A stretch of DNA of 64,000 nucleotides from Longimicrobiales bacterium (GCA_963664435.2 CAXXKM010000003.1:1120001-1184000), one strand, 5' to 3'; numbered from the stretch's first letter, positions 20,201 through 28,994 are shown. Notes: generated from the sequence alone by a model not told the origin. Numbers and translations are program-made.

Positions 20201-21509
20201 CGTCGGTGTAGGTGGTGGCCGTGGACTCGGTGTCGGCCTCGAGCCGCGTCCAGGGGCTGCGTCCGGCCCGCGACCATTCGATGCGGTAGCCGGTGACCGG
20301 CGTCGAGCCGCTGGAGGAGGGGGCGCGCCACCTCAGTTCGATGGCGGACATCCCCCGGGCCTGCGCCGTCAACGACCGAGCCGCGTCCGGCAGGACATCC
20401 TCGGTGGTGGCGTCGGCGACGTTCGAGGGGTCACCCGCCCCGTTGAAGTTGATGGCCGACACCCTGTAGTGCCGCGTGACGCCCCCGGTGAGATCCTTGT
20501 CGTCGCGGTAGCTGGTGTCGGTGTTCCGGGTATTGCGCTCCAGAGTCGACCACGGGTCGCGGCCGTCTTCCGACCACTCGATGAGGTACCCGGTGATCTC
20601 GCGACCGCCATTCGAACTCGGCGCCTCCCACTCCAGTATGATCGCGTCGGGGCCGTCGGCCTCCGCCGTGAGCTTGCGCGGCTCTCCGGGCACCCCGGTG
20701 CGCGCCTCCCCGGTGACGTTTCGCACCGCCCTGTCGAAGCCGAACGCGCGATTGCCGGCCAGATCCCGAAGCGCGTCGGCGCCGCGGTCGTCGTAGAACA
20801 CCCGAACCGCGTCGAGCGTATCGACGGGGCTTGCCAGAAGCAGGAACACATCGCGGGTGGCCACTTCGACCCGGGACACGGTCTTGACGTCGTGTGACAC
20901 GGTGCTATTTCCGAAGGCGACTTGGAAATAGCTGGTCGATGGGACGAAATCCTCATCGAGGTCTTCGTCGAAGGCGATGACGACTTCGTCGCCGTTGACC
21001 TTCGCGTCGCTGACTACAGGGCCCCTGGTGTCCACGTTGATGTTGACCACTCTCGACGGGGTATTCCCCTCCTGCGAGCTGTTCTGCACCACGTTCCCAG
21101 GGATATGGAAGAACACCAGGCCGTCATATTGTTCCGGCATCCTCATCGTGACGACAAACCTCCTGCCTTCGTCACTGTCCAGCGGATCGGCCACTGCACA
21201 CGCCGCGGTCGGGTGCGTGCACGTGATGTTGATGTCGTCGACCGTGAAGCCGGTCACGCTCTGCGAGAAACGGATGACGACGCTGGCAGAGTTCTGTGTG
21301 GACCCGATCCAACTCCATGAAATCGAGGTCGTGGGGGGGACGGCCACGTCGCTCGCCACTGGGGATTCCACAACCGACGGGACGCCCGCACGCGAACCGC
21401 CCACATATGGCTCCTCAGCCTGTACGCCCGCAGATGGAACCAGGAGCGCGCAGACCACTGCGGCCGCCAAGAGGGAACGGACGGGTACGCCAGGCTGATT
21501 CGGAATCAT
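17211..21509 (-). CDS. Fibronectin type III repeat autotransporter-like surface protein
   Basis: Signal peptide, Ig-like and SwmB-like domains, 7 Fn3 repeats (P..P..L.A....I.L.W..P...GG..ITGYRIE), C-terminal beta-barrel. Confidence 0.88.
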   Translation of the reverse strand: MIPNQPGVPVRSLLAAAVVCALLVPSAGVQAEEPYVGGSRAGVPSVVESPVASDVAVPPTTSISWSWIGSTQNSASVVIRFSQSVTGFTVDDINITCTHPTAACAVADPLDSDEGRRFVVTMRMPEQYDGLVFFHIPGNVVQNSSQEGNTPSRVVNINVDTRGPVVSDAKVNGDEVVIAFDEDLDEDFVPSTSYFQVAFGNSTVSHDVKTVSRVEVATRDVFLLLASPVDTLDAVRVFYDDRGADALRDLAGNRAFGFDRAVRNVTGEARTGVPGEPRKLTAEADGPDAIILEWEAPSSNGGREITGYLIEWSEDGRDPWSTLERNTRNTDTSYRDDKDLTGGVTRHYRVSAINFNGAGDPSNVADATTEDVLPDAARSLTAQARGMSAIELRWRAPSSSGSTPVTGYRIEWSRAGRSPWTRLEADTESTATTYTDDELSPATTRHYRVAAINRAGLGPWSNTAQATTDATPPSPPIALSVVPGARRTDELLLTWSAPPDDGGSPITGYRIERSATGGGGWIIHVPGTGSTATIYTDSNLGPAATWFYRVSAINGVGTGRASNVAQGTTDAAPPGQPQNVRARGTGPNSVLLVWDRPESDGGARITGYSIRMLGPNDRSWIIIRPNTEETTTTFTHTGLDPVTRYQYQVAAINRVGAGQWSLTGAALTHADFAAAPTGLTARAVGTSRIDLSWNAPRYTGGVSIFGYRVEASDDEGATWNIIRRNTNSATTAFSDVNLRPATTRHYRVAAINLAGVGPFSNVARATTEATVPSVPRRLNADAAGTSQIVLSWQAPADDGGARITGYRIEVTADGGGSWEDLVAATRSTATVYTHSGLAPASTRHYRVSAINRIGVGNASRVAGSTTDATVPDAPTGLVATDVSPTQIDLFWLAPDYNGGAPITGYRIEVSETGAAWADLVTNTESTVATFSHTALQPGSVRHYRVSAINRAGTGAASASATAATDDPVQRAGRLNTRVLPQVAAAMTSSTVSAIANRVNAVANGMGMEQSVETNGLSSMAASLSAPGPGGLGLGQNDGAGLAALFGGTSFLMPFGTPDAPQQSATGMQMASWGAGEYHYMGEPGASELDWKGNMVSAHVGVDMRVGPDILAGVAGSYNSGSFDFTDKTGARPVAGTYGTTMTSAHPYVAWFPGARGASVWGSAGIGRGDIEVDDEREGLRTSPASMMTGAGGASYQLFTSGIGGVSLKAEGWSGRFEVEGTEQIGTVTLDMQRAKLALELTQGFRTDTGQEMAFVLEGGMRYDNGDGINGTSAEVGGGLRYTNSGLGLTAEGRGRFVISARQGYEEWGLGGMLMFDPAAPGQGLQVRVAPAYGDHRSGVNQLWERGVSDAVGGQDLGMGPNVDGEVAYGIAGFQGTPYSGFYLGKSGTRAFSSGVRYDLGAGVGLRLEGTRRESALGAAQHSVGVRGRIKLR

Positions 21510-21574
21510 CGTGCCTTCTCCGCGTCAGGTGAAATGCGCGGTGGAATAGTCATTTGCTTACCGGTCGTCTGGTG

Positions 21575-21673
21575 AGCGTCACCCCCCGTTCGGGAGTCCC
21601 GAACGGGGGGTGACGCTGTCCCGCGGCCTGCGACCATCAGCCTGGCTGACGGTTAGTCAGCCAGGCTGATGGT
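21575..21673. terminator. Two tandem perfect hairpins (21-bp and 18-bp arms) between the two surface-protein genes
   Basis: AGCGTCACCCCCCGTTCGGGA-G-TCCCGAACGGGGGGTGACGCT and ACCATCAGCCTGGCTGAC-GGTTA-GTCAGCCAGGCTGATGGT. Confidence 0.75.
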
Positions 21674-21683
21674 GTTGAAGGGG

Positions 21684-24600
21684 TTATGGGACATCTACTG
21701 GCGTACCCTCGGTGAAGTCGCCAGCACTGCCCTGTCTCGAGTCGACGCGAACTCTGAACGGCTTGTTGAGTTCGACGTCCGTGATCGCAATCGCCGTTCC
21801 ACCCACCGTGTTCCAGCTCGCGGTGAAGTCATGAATCCACTCCAAGCTCCAACTCCTGGTGGTGCTTGCGATGGTGGCGGGCTCTCCACCTGAGGCGACG
21901 AGCCACAAAGTCGAACCAGTGTTTTCGGAGGCGACCTCAACCATGATCCGGAACTCGGAACTGGTGTTGCTATCGGCGTCCCAAGTGACGGTGAGGGTGT
22001 CGGCAACGGTGGTATCGGCAGTCGCCGCACGACTCGCAGTGACACCGCTGGTCGACGGATCGACCGCGCCGACCGTGACCGGATCGGATTCGATCGTGAA
22101 GGTAAGGTCCGAATCGGTGGGGTGTGCGACCGACGTCACCACTCGAACCATGAAGGTGGTATCGCCCGGCGACGTGAACGTGTAGCTGCCCGGGACATTG
22201 ACCGTAGTGCCGAGGCTGTCGCGCGTCACCAAGGTTGCGCTCGCATCCGTGAAGGTGCCGGTGTAGTTGTGCTGCACCTCGTGCGTGGCGGGGCTGGTGA
22301 ACCCTTCGGGCACGTCCGTGGCGCTGTCGACGAACTTCACGCTGATGTTGCCATCGTAGCGTTCGGATTCGTCGATGTCCTCGGTGGACTCGTCGTCCTC
22401 CGTGCGGGCACGCGATGCGCTGAGGTTCCTAGCCCCAGGCGACAGCGCCTCGATCGCGCCGAAGTTCAAGCTCTGACCCGGTGCGACGCTCACCCTCTGG
22501 TTGTCGTTCGGATACTTGAAGCTGTGGTTCGCCAACGACGCTTCGATGTCATAGGCGCCGAACGGTACGCTGAGCACGAAGGTGCCTCTCGCGTTGCTGG
22601 TGCTCAAGACGTCGTCCCCGGCTGCGCCTGCGACCACGTTCGTGGCCGTGACCGTAACGCCACCCATGGCGTTGCCGTCCGGACCTCTCACCCGGCCCGA
22701 AATCGTCGCATGCTGGAAGCCGGTGAAGTTGATGCCCGAGACCGCCGATCCGGCGTGGGCCGGAACAGACAGCGTCGCAGGCGCGAAGCTCATGCCGTCC
22801 TTCGACACGGTCACATCGGCGCTCTCGCCGAGGTCCTTGGCCGCGAATTCTGCCGTGTAGGTGCCGTCGGCGCCCGTCACGAGCTTGCCCCTGTTCGCAC
22901 CGGTCTTGGCCGCGTTGGTCGGGGCATTGCCGTCAACCTTGATCTCCGCACCGGCGATCGGCGCGCCGCTGCCGGACGCGGTGACCGTACCGCTGATCGA
23001 GGCGATCGTGCCTACGCCCGAAAGATCGACGTCCTGCCGGATCCGGCTGTTTGCGGCAAAGGCCTGGATGTTCCGCGTCTCCCCGCTTCCTCCATGGGCG
23101 GTCTCGACGAAGACGCTGTTCGTGTGCGTCACGGTGCCGATTTTGCGGCTCGCCACGTTCGGCACGTACTCCGCGATGTAGCGGCCGTGTACGTCGGACA
23201 TCGCTACAACACCGTTCACGTTCACGTTCACGCTGTCCACGGGGAAATCCTCCGCGTCCTTCACGTAGCCGTAGACGGTGGTCGTCGCCGGCGTGACGTC
23301 GAGTGAGACGTCACCCGCGAGCGGGTTGAAGGCGTTGCCGACCATGGCCGTGGCGCCCTTCGGACCCAGCCTCGCCCGCCAGCCGTCCGTCACGCTGGCC
23401 TTGTAGACGCCGGCCGCGATGTTGTTGAAGGCGAACTGGTGGGTCTCGTCGAGCACTTCATTGCCCTTGGCGGTCTCACCCGGCCCCCGGACCGGCTTCT
23501 CCGTAGTGGTGGCGGACTCCTCGTCACCCGCGAGATTCTTGCCCTCGACCGGGCTCAGGCTGACGGAAATGCCGGCTACGAACGTGGGGGGGGCACCCTC
23601 GGGATCATATACGTCGACTCCGTCGGTCTTGCCGAACGAGAATCTGTCATCGTTGGCAGTCTCGGTGCTCTTGACGACCACGTTCTTCCAGATCAGCCCG
23701 CTCACCGAGTGCGTGCTGACGTAGGCGAACGACGAGCAAGCGTCGTGGTCCTGCGGGTTCTCGTCCTGCAGCGGGCAGAGCGAAACCGTGTGGCTGTAGC
23801 CGCCCTGCGCACCGAAGTGGCCGCCGGTGATGCCGTTGGCATCCGTGCCGGTGTAGGCGGCGAGCTCATCGGCATGCCCGCCCTCATCGAGGATCATGAT
23901 GCTGAGGTCGGTGTTGTCGGCCTTCGACGCGTTGGCGATCACGTTCATGTCGGCCGGCACGTTGCTGAAGACCCACGCACCGCCGTCACCATTGTCTTTC
24001 GGTTCGCTGATGCTGTCCGCAGCCGTGAACGCGCGCGAGCGTCCGGAGTCGTCGATGTAGCGGAGGTCGACATCGACCTTGCGGTCGGCGCCCTTACCGT
24101 CCCTCTCGTCACCGCCGAGGATGTTGCCGGTGTAGCCTTCGACTTGATCAAGCTCGTGGTGCACGTAGACCTTGAGGGTCTGGGTCGTGAACGCCACCTC
24201 GATCATGTCGGCGTTCTGGGTGCCCGCCAGCATGAGGCCGGTGTGGGTGTACTCGACCGAGCCACCGTCGTAGCTCTCGCCGCCGTCCAGCGTGTTGGCC
24301 TGGTCGTCGTCGACGGCGATGGTGAAGGTCGCCGGCAGGTCGTCGGCTCCCACGGTGGTCGTGAACGCGGCGACGCCGGCTGTGTCCAGCTTCTCCGGCG
24401 CGCCTGCGACCGAGTCTTCGCCTGCCATGACGCTGATGGCCCAGTTGGCGAGCGTGTCGCCGCCACCGTACTCGGTGGTGACGGTGGCACCGCTGATGGC
24501 CACGTCGACGTTCAGGTTGACGATGTCGTTCTCGTTGGCGCCCGCGGCCATGTTGTACTGCGGGTTCCACGACACGACCGTCATGCCGTCGGCCACATGG

Positions 24601-26330
24601 TAGCCGTCGGCGGAGACGCTCGCGTGGACCATGTTGCCGCTGGTGCCGGCGCGCGCGACCCGGATCATCACCGAGCCTTCTTCGCCGGTCATGCCGCTGC
24701 CGATCTTGGTCTCACCGGCCGCGTCCGAGAAGAAATCGACGATCGCGCCGGGAAGCGCGGCACCCATCTCTTCACCGCTCCTCAGCGAGGCTGTGAAGTT
24801 GACCCTGGTGTGCGTGATGTCGAACGGAACCGACTGCGTCACAGCCTCGCCGACACCGAGGGCGACCGCGTAGCCCTCGCCGGGTCCGCCGTAAGCCAAG
24901 TCGTTGGCCGCGAGAGCCGCGGCGACCGTGGCGTTGATGGTCACGACCAACTGGTACGGGCCGGCGCGGAGGCCTGTGAAGGAGAACGCGCCGGTCGAGT
25001 CGGTGAGGCTCACCCGCTGCTCGTTGACGCCCGGGCCCACCAGCACCACCGGAAGACCGGCGTGCGCCAGCGGATGCTCGCCCTCGTCGAACATGTCGTT
25101 CTTGGTCGCCTCGTCAACGTACGCCATGCCGGACACGCTCGCGGTGCGCGCGTGCGCGCCCTCGAAGTTAATGATCGCCGACTCGTCGTCGCCGACCGTC
25201 ACGTCCGTGCTCATCGACTCGAAGACGTAGGCGTCGCTGTCGACCGCGATCGAGACCGTGTAGTCGCCGGCCGCCAAGCCCGCGAAGGAGTACTGGCCGC
25301 CCGCGTCGGTCATCGCGGTGCGGTCGTCCGCGCCCGCCAGCGTGACCGTGATCTCGCCGAGGCCCATGCCCTCGACGCTCACCCGGCCGCTGATGCCGGA
25401 GGTGCGGAGCAGGACGCCGGTGAACGACACGGTGCTGGTCTCATCGAGATCCACGTTCACGTCTTGGGACGTGGACGCGAACTCGTAGTCGCGCGCGTCG
25501 AAGTCAGAGATCGAGACCGTGTAGGCGCCGGGACGCAATTCCTCGAACCGGTACATGCCGTCGGCGTCGGTCATGATGGTGTAGCTCTCGTCGGCGGGAC
25601 CGCCGCTCAGGGTAACCGTCACCCCAGCAAGGCCCTCGCCTTCGATGATCACCTGGCCCTCGACCGCGGAGGTGCGGATGAAGTGGCCCGTGAAGTCGGC
25701 CTGGCCGACATCGCCGACCTCGACCGCTACCTCGACCATCACCGTCTCGAAGGAGACGTCCTCCGGATAGTCGCTGATCGTGACCGTGTAGGTGCCGGCC
25801 CGGAGCCCGGTGAACGCGAAGCCGCCGGTCTCGTCGGTCTCCATGGTCTCGCCCATGGCGTGCTCACCGCCCAGCGTGACCGTAACGCCTGCCAGCGTTT
25901 CGGGCTGGCCGTCGCCGCCGCTCATCATGGCGTCGGCCGCAACCACGTTGCCGACCACTGCGGACGAGCGGATATACTCGCCGGCGAAGTTGAGTTGGAC
26001 GTTCTGACCATCGGTCGCGATGGTCGCGGACTGCGTCACTTCGGCGAACGTCGCGTCCTCGGGGAAGCCGCTGATGGTGACCGTGTAGGTTCCCTCTTCC
26101 ACGCCCGAGAAGGCGAAGTTGCCGCCCGACCCGGTGGTCGTGGTCGCACCGGACGACAGGGTGGCGGTGACGCCGCTGGCGGCCGTGCCCTCGATCGTCA
26201 CCGCCCCGGAGATCGTCCCCACGGCAGCAGGCTCCGGCGGGGGCTCCACTATCGGTGGAGTGCCCTCGTCGCAGGCGGTAATGGTAACGGCCAGCAGCAG
26301 CGCCAGCCCGTGCTTGGTAAAACGGTTCAT
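21684..26330 (-). CDS. Large acidic surface lipoprotein with repeated carboxypeptidase-regulatory-like/SdrD-B-like domains
   Basis: Lipobox ITAC, repeats of GVTVTLSG...TD..G.F.F.GL.AG.YTVTIS, GGAGGG RBS. Confidence 0.88.
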   Translation of the reverse strand: MNRFTKHGLALLLAVTITACDEGTPPIVEPPPEPAAVGTISGAVTIEGTAASGVTATLSSGATTTTGSGGNFAFSGVEEGTYTVTISGFPEDATFAEVTQSATIATDGQNVQLNFAGEYIRSSAVVGNVVAADAMMSGGDGQPETLAGVTVTLGGEHAMGETMETDETGGFAFTGLRAGTYTVTISDYPEDVSFETVMVEVAVEVGDVGQADFTGHFIRTSAVEGQVIIEGEGLAGVTVTLSGGPADESYTIMTDADGMYRFEELRPGAYTVSISDFDARDYEFASTSQDVNVDLDETSTVSFTGVLLRTSGISGRVSVEGMGLGEITVTLAGADDRTAMTDAGGQYSFAGLAAGDYTVSIAVDSDAYVFESMSTDVTVGDDESAIINFEGAHARTASVSGMAYVDEATKNDMFDEGEHPLAHAGLPVVLVGPGVNEQRVSLTDSTGAFSFTGLRAGPYQLVVTINATVAAALAANDLAYGGPGEGYAVALGVGEAVTQSVPFDITHTRVNFTASLRSGEEMGAALPGAIVDFFSDAAGETKIGSGMTGEEGSVMIRVARAGTSGNMVHASVSADGYHVADGMTVVSWNPQYNMAAGANENDIVNLNVDVAISGATVTTEYGGGDTLANWAISVMAGEDSVAGAPEKLDTAGVAAFTTTVGADDLPATFTIAVDDDQANTLDGGESYDGGSVEYTHTGLMLAGTQNADMIEVAFTTQTLKVYVHHELDQVEGYTGNILGGDERDGKGADRKVDVDLRYIDDSGRSRAFTAADSISEPKDNGDGGAWVFSNVPADMNVIANASKADNTDLSIMILDEGGHADELAAYTGTDANGITGGHFGAQGGYSHTVSLCPLQDENPQDHDACSSFAYVSTHSVSGLIWKNVVVKSTETANDDRFSFGKTDGVDVYDPEGAPPTFVAGISVSLSPVEGKNLAGDEESATTTEKPVRGPGETAKGNEVLDETHQFAFNNIAAGVYKASVTDGWRARLGPKGATAMVGNAFNPLAGDVSLDVTPATTTVYGYVKDAEDFPVDSVNVNVNGVVAMSDVHGRYIAEYVPNVASRKIGTVTHTNSVFVETAHGGSGETRNIQAFAANSRIRQDVDLSGVGTIASISGTVTASGSGAPIAGAEIKVDGNAPTNAAKTGANRGKLVTGADGTYTAEFAAKDLGESADVTVSKDGMSFAPATLSVPAHAGSAVSGINFTGFQHATISGRVRGPDGNAMGGVTVTATNVVAGAAGDDVLSTSNARGTFVLSVPFGAYDIEASLANHSFKYPNDNQRVSVAPGQSLNFGAIEALSPGARNLSASRARTEDDESTEDIDESERYDGNISVKFVDSATDVPEGFTSPATHEVQHNYTGTFTDASATLVTRDSLGTTVNVPGSYTFTSPGDTTFMVRVVTSVAHPTDSDLTFTIESDPVTVGAVDPSTSGVTASRAATADTTVADTLTVTWDADSNTSSEFRIMVEVASENTGSTLWLVASGGEPATIASTTRSWSLEWIHDFTASWNTVGGTAIAITDVELNKPFRVRVDSRQGSAGDFTEGTPVDVP

Positions 26331-26396
26331 CTTTCCCTCCTGGGAGTGGGTTGCGGTCAGCGAGGAAACATGGAGCCTCGCGGCTCACGCTTACGG

Positions 26397-26412
26397 AGCA
26401 ACAACGGTGCCA
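26397..26412 (-). promoter_or_regulatory. Sigma-54 -24/-12 promoter of the surface lipoprotein gene
   Basis: TGGCACCGTTGTTGCT has the exact GG-N10-GC spacing, about 70 bp upstream of the ATG. Confidence 0.8.
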
Positions 26413-26481
26413 CCCGAGGAAGCCCGGTTTTACAGTGGGTTTCGGCCCGTACGCTCCGGCCTGGGACCGCCGCTCCCGGTT

Positions 26482-26504
26482 TTCTGACGGTCAAGACGTC
26501 AGAA
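26482..26504. promoter_or_regulatory. Candidate enhancer (bEBP) binding palindrome
   Basis: TTCTGACG-N7-CGTCAGAA lies 70-90 bp upstream of the -24 box. Confidence 0.55.
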
Positions 26505-26533
26505 TTCTGGTGGCGCCCCGGGGCCGGGCCCCG

Positions 26534-26738
26534 CGTAGCGGTTAAAGCGATTCCGGCAGTCGCTGGGTCGGTCCCGGGGGGTGCCCGGCTCTGTATCGCG
26601 ATTCACGGTTCAGCGACCGCCACGGTAGCCGAAGCCCCATGGTAACCCGGTCTCCGCGTGCGTTCGGGACGCCAAGGTCCCCGGTTCCGGCGTGCCTCGC
26701 CGTACCGTAACAGGGTTGCGCGCCGCGTTTGACGCCGC
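26534..26738 (-). ncRNA. Stand-alone omegaRNA-like unit 1 (189-nt scaffold plus putative guide CGCTTTAACCGCTACG)
   Basis: Homologous to the tnpB 3' end; one frame reads LLRYGEARRNR, a relic TnpB C-terminus. The 16 nt after the scaffold are followed by a GC hairpin. Confidence 0.72.
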
Positions 26739-26748
26739 CAAGCCGCAC

Positions 26749-26952
26749 TATAGCGGCACACCAAATTCCGGCAGTCGCTGGGGCGGTCCCGCGGGCCGCC
26801 CGACTCTGCATCGCGATTCACGGTTCAGCGACCGCCACGGCAGCCGAGGCCCCACGGTAACCCGGTCTCCGCGTGCGTTCGGGACGCCAAGGTCCCCGGT
26901 TCCGGCGTGCCTCGCCGTACCGTAACAGGTTGTGTGCCGCGTTTGACGCCGC
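26749..26952 (-). ncRNA. Stand-alone omegaRNA-like unit 2 (188-nt scaffold plus putative guide TTGGTGTGCCGCTATA)
   Basis: Near-identical direct repeat of unit 1 at a 215-bp period; reads NAAHNLLRYGEARRNR, a RuvC-III relic. Confidence 0.72.
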
Positions 26953-27794
26953 TCCCCATGGCGTCGCCCCTGCGGTCACCCCAGCCCTCTCTCGATCCTC
27001 CAGTTTCGCGATCCGGCGCTCGTTCGGGCCGAGGCCGCTGACAGGGCCTTCCGCAGGCCCGCGCGGGCGCGCCCCTTCGGCAGCCGCTCGCGGTATCGGT
27101 CGAACTCCCTCTGTCTCGTCCTCGGACAGCATGAAGAAGTCGGTCTCGTTCATTTCGGTTACTCAAGGACCCCAAGGGCCCCCGCTCCAGACCTACAATT
27201 GTGCGGAAAACGCGCAAGCGATGCTAGCTCCGTTGCAGTTCTCACCGCAACTTCGGGTCCTTCGGAAGAGGGGGCAGCGGAGAGTGCTCTTGGTCCGGCG
27301 ACGCAGAAGCCCTGGTGCCCAAGCCACCCGCCAACGATACAGCGGGCAGTACAAAGAACGCGGCAGGAGCCGGGGCTTGCTGGTTCTGGCTTCCGCTCAG
27401 CCATCGACGACCCTCCGGTAGAGGCCGCAGACGAATGGCGAATTCGAGGCCGGCCGCCTTCGCCGACTCCTGGAGGTCGGCGAACTTCTCGGCGTCGACG
27501 CGCTTCTCGCTGTACTCCTCGCCGGGAGCAGCCGAGGTATCGCAGTCCTTCCAGAATCCCTTGTTGAAGTCGCTTTGCCGCCCCTGCACCGGTAACCGTG
27601 CTCGCAAACGAGGGGTGGGGGAGTCTCCGACGGTCCAGTAAGCCCTCGCCGGGGCTGCCCGGACCTTGAACCGGTGGCGTCCGTGCGCAACGCCTCCGCC
27701 GACCTGCATCTCCGGTCCTCCCAAGCCCCCTACCGGAAGTCCCGGGCGTCCCGCCGAGGGCATTCAGACGCGCTGCTGGCGGCAGTGTCCTTTG

Positions 27795-28303
27795 GCTACT
27801 TTACGGTATCGACCATCCTCGAACGTTATCGGACATAGGGCGCCTCGCTACGAGTTGACTCGCCTGCAAGAGGCTTGTCACCGTTCCTTGCATGGCAAGG
27901 GGCGGCTCCGCCCCCCCGACCCCAAGGGCCTTCCGCGCCGGTGTCCGCCGAAACCCGGACAGGGCGGACGGCGCAGAGGTGAAGAGTGTCCTCGTCCCGA
28001 GACCGGCGCCATTGGTCGACGGGCAGGCGGGAAAGGGATGGTGCAGGACACCACCCAACTCTTCAAGCTGTTCGCCGACAACCCGGACTTCCGGCGGTGG
28101 CTGACGGACGCCGTTTTCCGGCTGGCCTACGAAGCGACGGGCTGACGAGCGCGGGCGGCGTTACGGGGGCGTGTTTCCGCCCCGTTGGCGACGACCGCCG
28201 CCTGCTACTTTACGTTATCGGACCTCCTCGGACGTTATCGGCCAATAGGAGATTTTCGACGGGTTGACTTGCCGGCGAGCGCCTCTTCAGCGTTCCAGGT
28301 ATG
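27795..28303 (+). repeat. Duplicated ~100-bp operator/promoter module (27795-27894 and 28204-28303)
   Basis: Both copies read GCTACTTTACG-TATCG...ACGTTATCGG...GTTGACT-GCC...CGTTCC...ATGG, at a 409-bp offset. Confidence 0.7.
28038..28145 (+). pseudogene. Type I restriction subunit R (HsdR) extreme C-terminal fragment
   Basis: QDTTQLFKLFADNPDFRRWLTDAVFRLAYE. Confidence 0.65.
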
Positions 28304-28844
28304 GAGACGCAGAAGTACCTGTTCAGCATGCGGGTCGGCACCTCCCTCGGGGACACCGGCGCGCCGTCCCCGAGGGCATTGGTGATGAAGGCCTCCGGTT
28401 CGGACCTCGGCGATGGCCCCGTCCCCGAAGCCCCCAAGGTGGACGCGGATCGGCTTCGGCGGCCTTCGTCCCCGCCGACTGGATTGAAACCAGTCGCGGA
28501 TGAACTCCGTCATATGCCGCCCTTCGGCTCACCGAAGCGTGGAGGGCAGCACGAGCAAACGAGGCGAAACACCGGAGGAGACGCACGTAGTCAGGTTGAT
28601 CCACGCCACGGCGGAACCGGTGCCCGCGCCCCTCGACAGGGACGCTGGGGGGATCGGTCGCCGCTTTGGCTTCGGGGGTACATGGACGGCGCGGCATTGC
28701 TGGCCACCATCCCACCGTTGGCCGCGCTTCGCGAGGCCCGTCTGAACGGGTTCCCCGGAGCGCGTGCGGTGGTGCGCCGCCACGGCATTGGCGGCAGCCG
28801 GCGACGGGTCTCGGACACGTCGCCGACGGGGTCGTTGGACGCGG

Positions 28845-28890
28845 CTAAGGGCGGTAAGCCAGCCTACCCGTTGTCATACAACGGGGCTGG
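28845..28890. other. ColE1/MOBP5-type oriT
   Basis: CTGGCTTA nic-like motif on the minus strand (28855-28862), an adjacent inverted repeat CCCGTTGT..ACAACGGG, directly upstream of mobC. Confidence 0.7.
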
Positions 28891-28994
28891 CGAGGGGATG
28901 GCTCCCGCCCCCCCTTCGAACCCCCCGCGCGTCGCGCTCCCGTGGAGGTCGCGCTTGGGGGCGCCGCCCCCATCCCCCGCGCCGGTGCGGCGTG

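Noticed and set aside
26413..26470. Riboswitch upstream of the surface lipoprotein
   Set aside because: No match to aptamer consensus sequences I know, and it lies upstream of the sigma-54 promoter, outside the predicted transcript.
26550..26952. CRISPR array
   Set aside because: Repeats are ~189 bp, there are only two, no cas genes are present, and they are homologous to the tnpB 3' end.
26818..27153. 111-aa ORF as a real protein
   Set aside because: Its C-terminal part is the relic TnpB frame through the RNA scaffold and its N-terminus has no recognisable domain. It is not excluded, but it is unsupported.
27242..27763. Minus-strand ORF with a protein-like middle segment
   Set aside because: No recognisable motif or start signal; cannot be supported.
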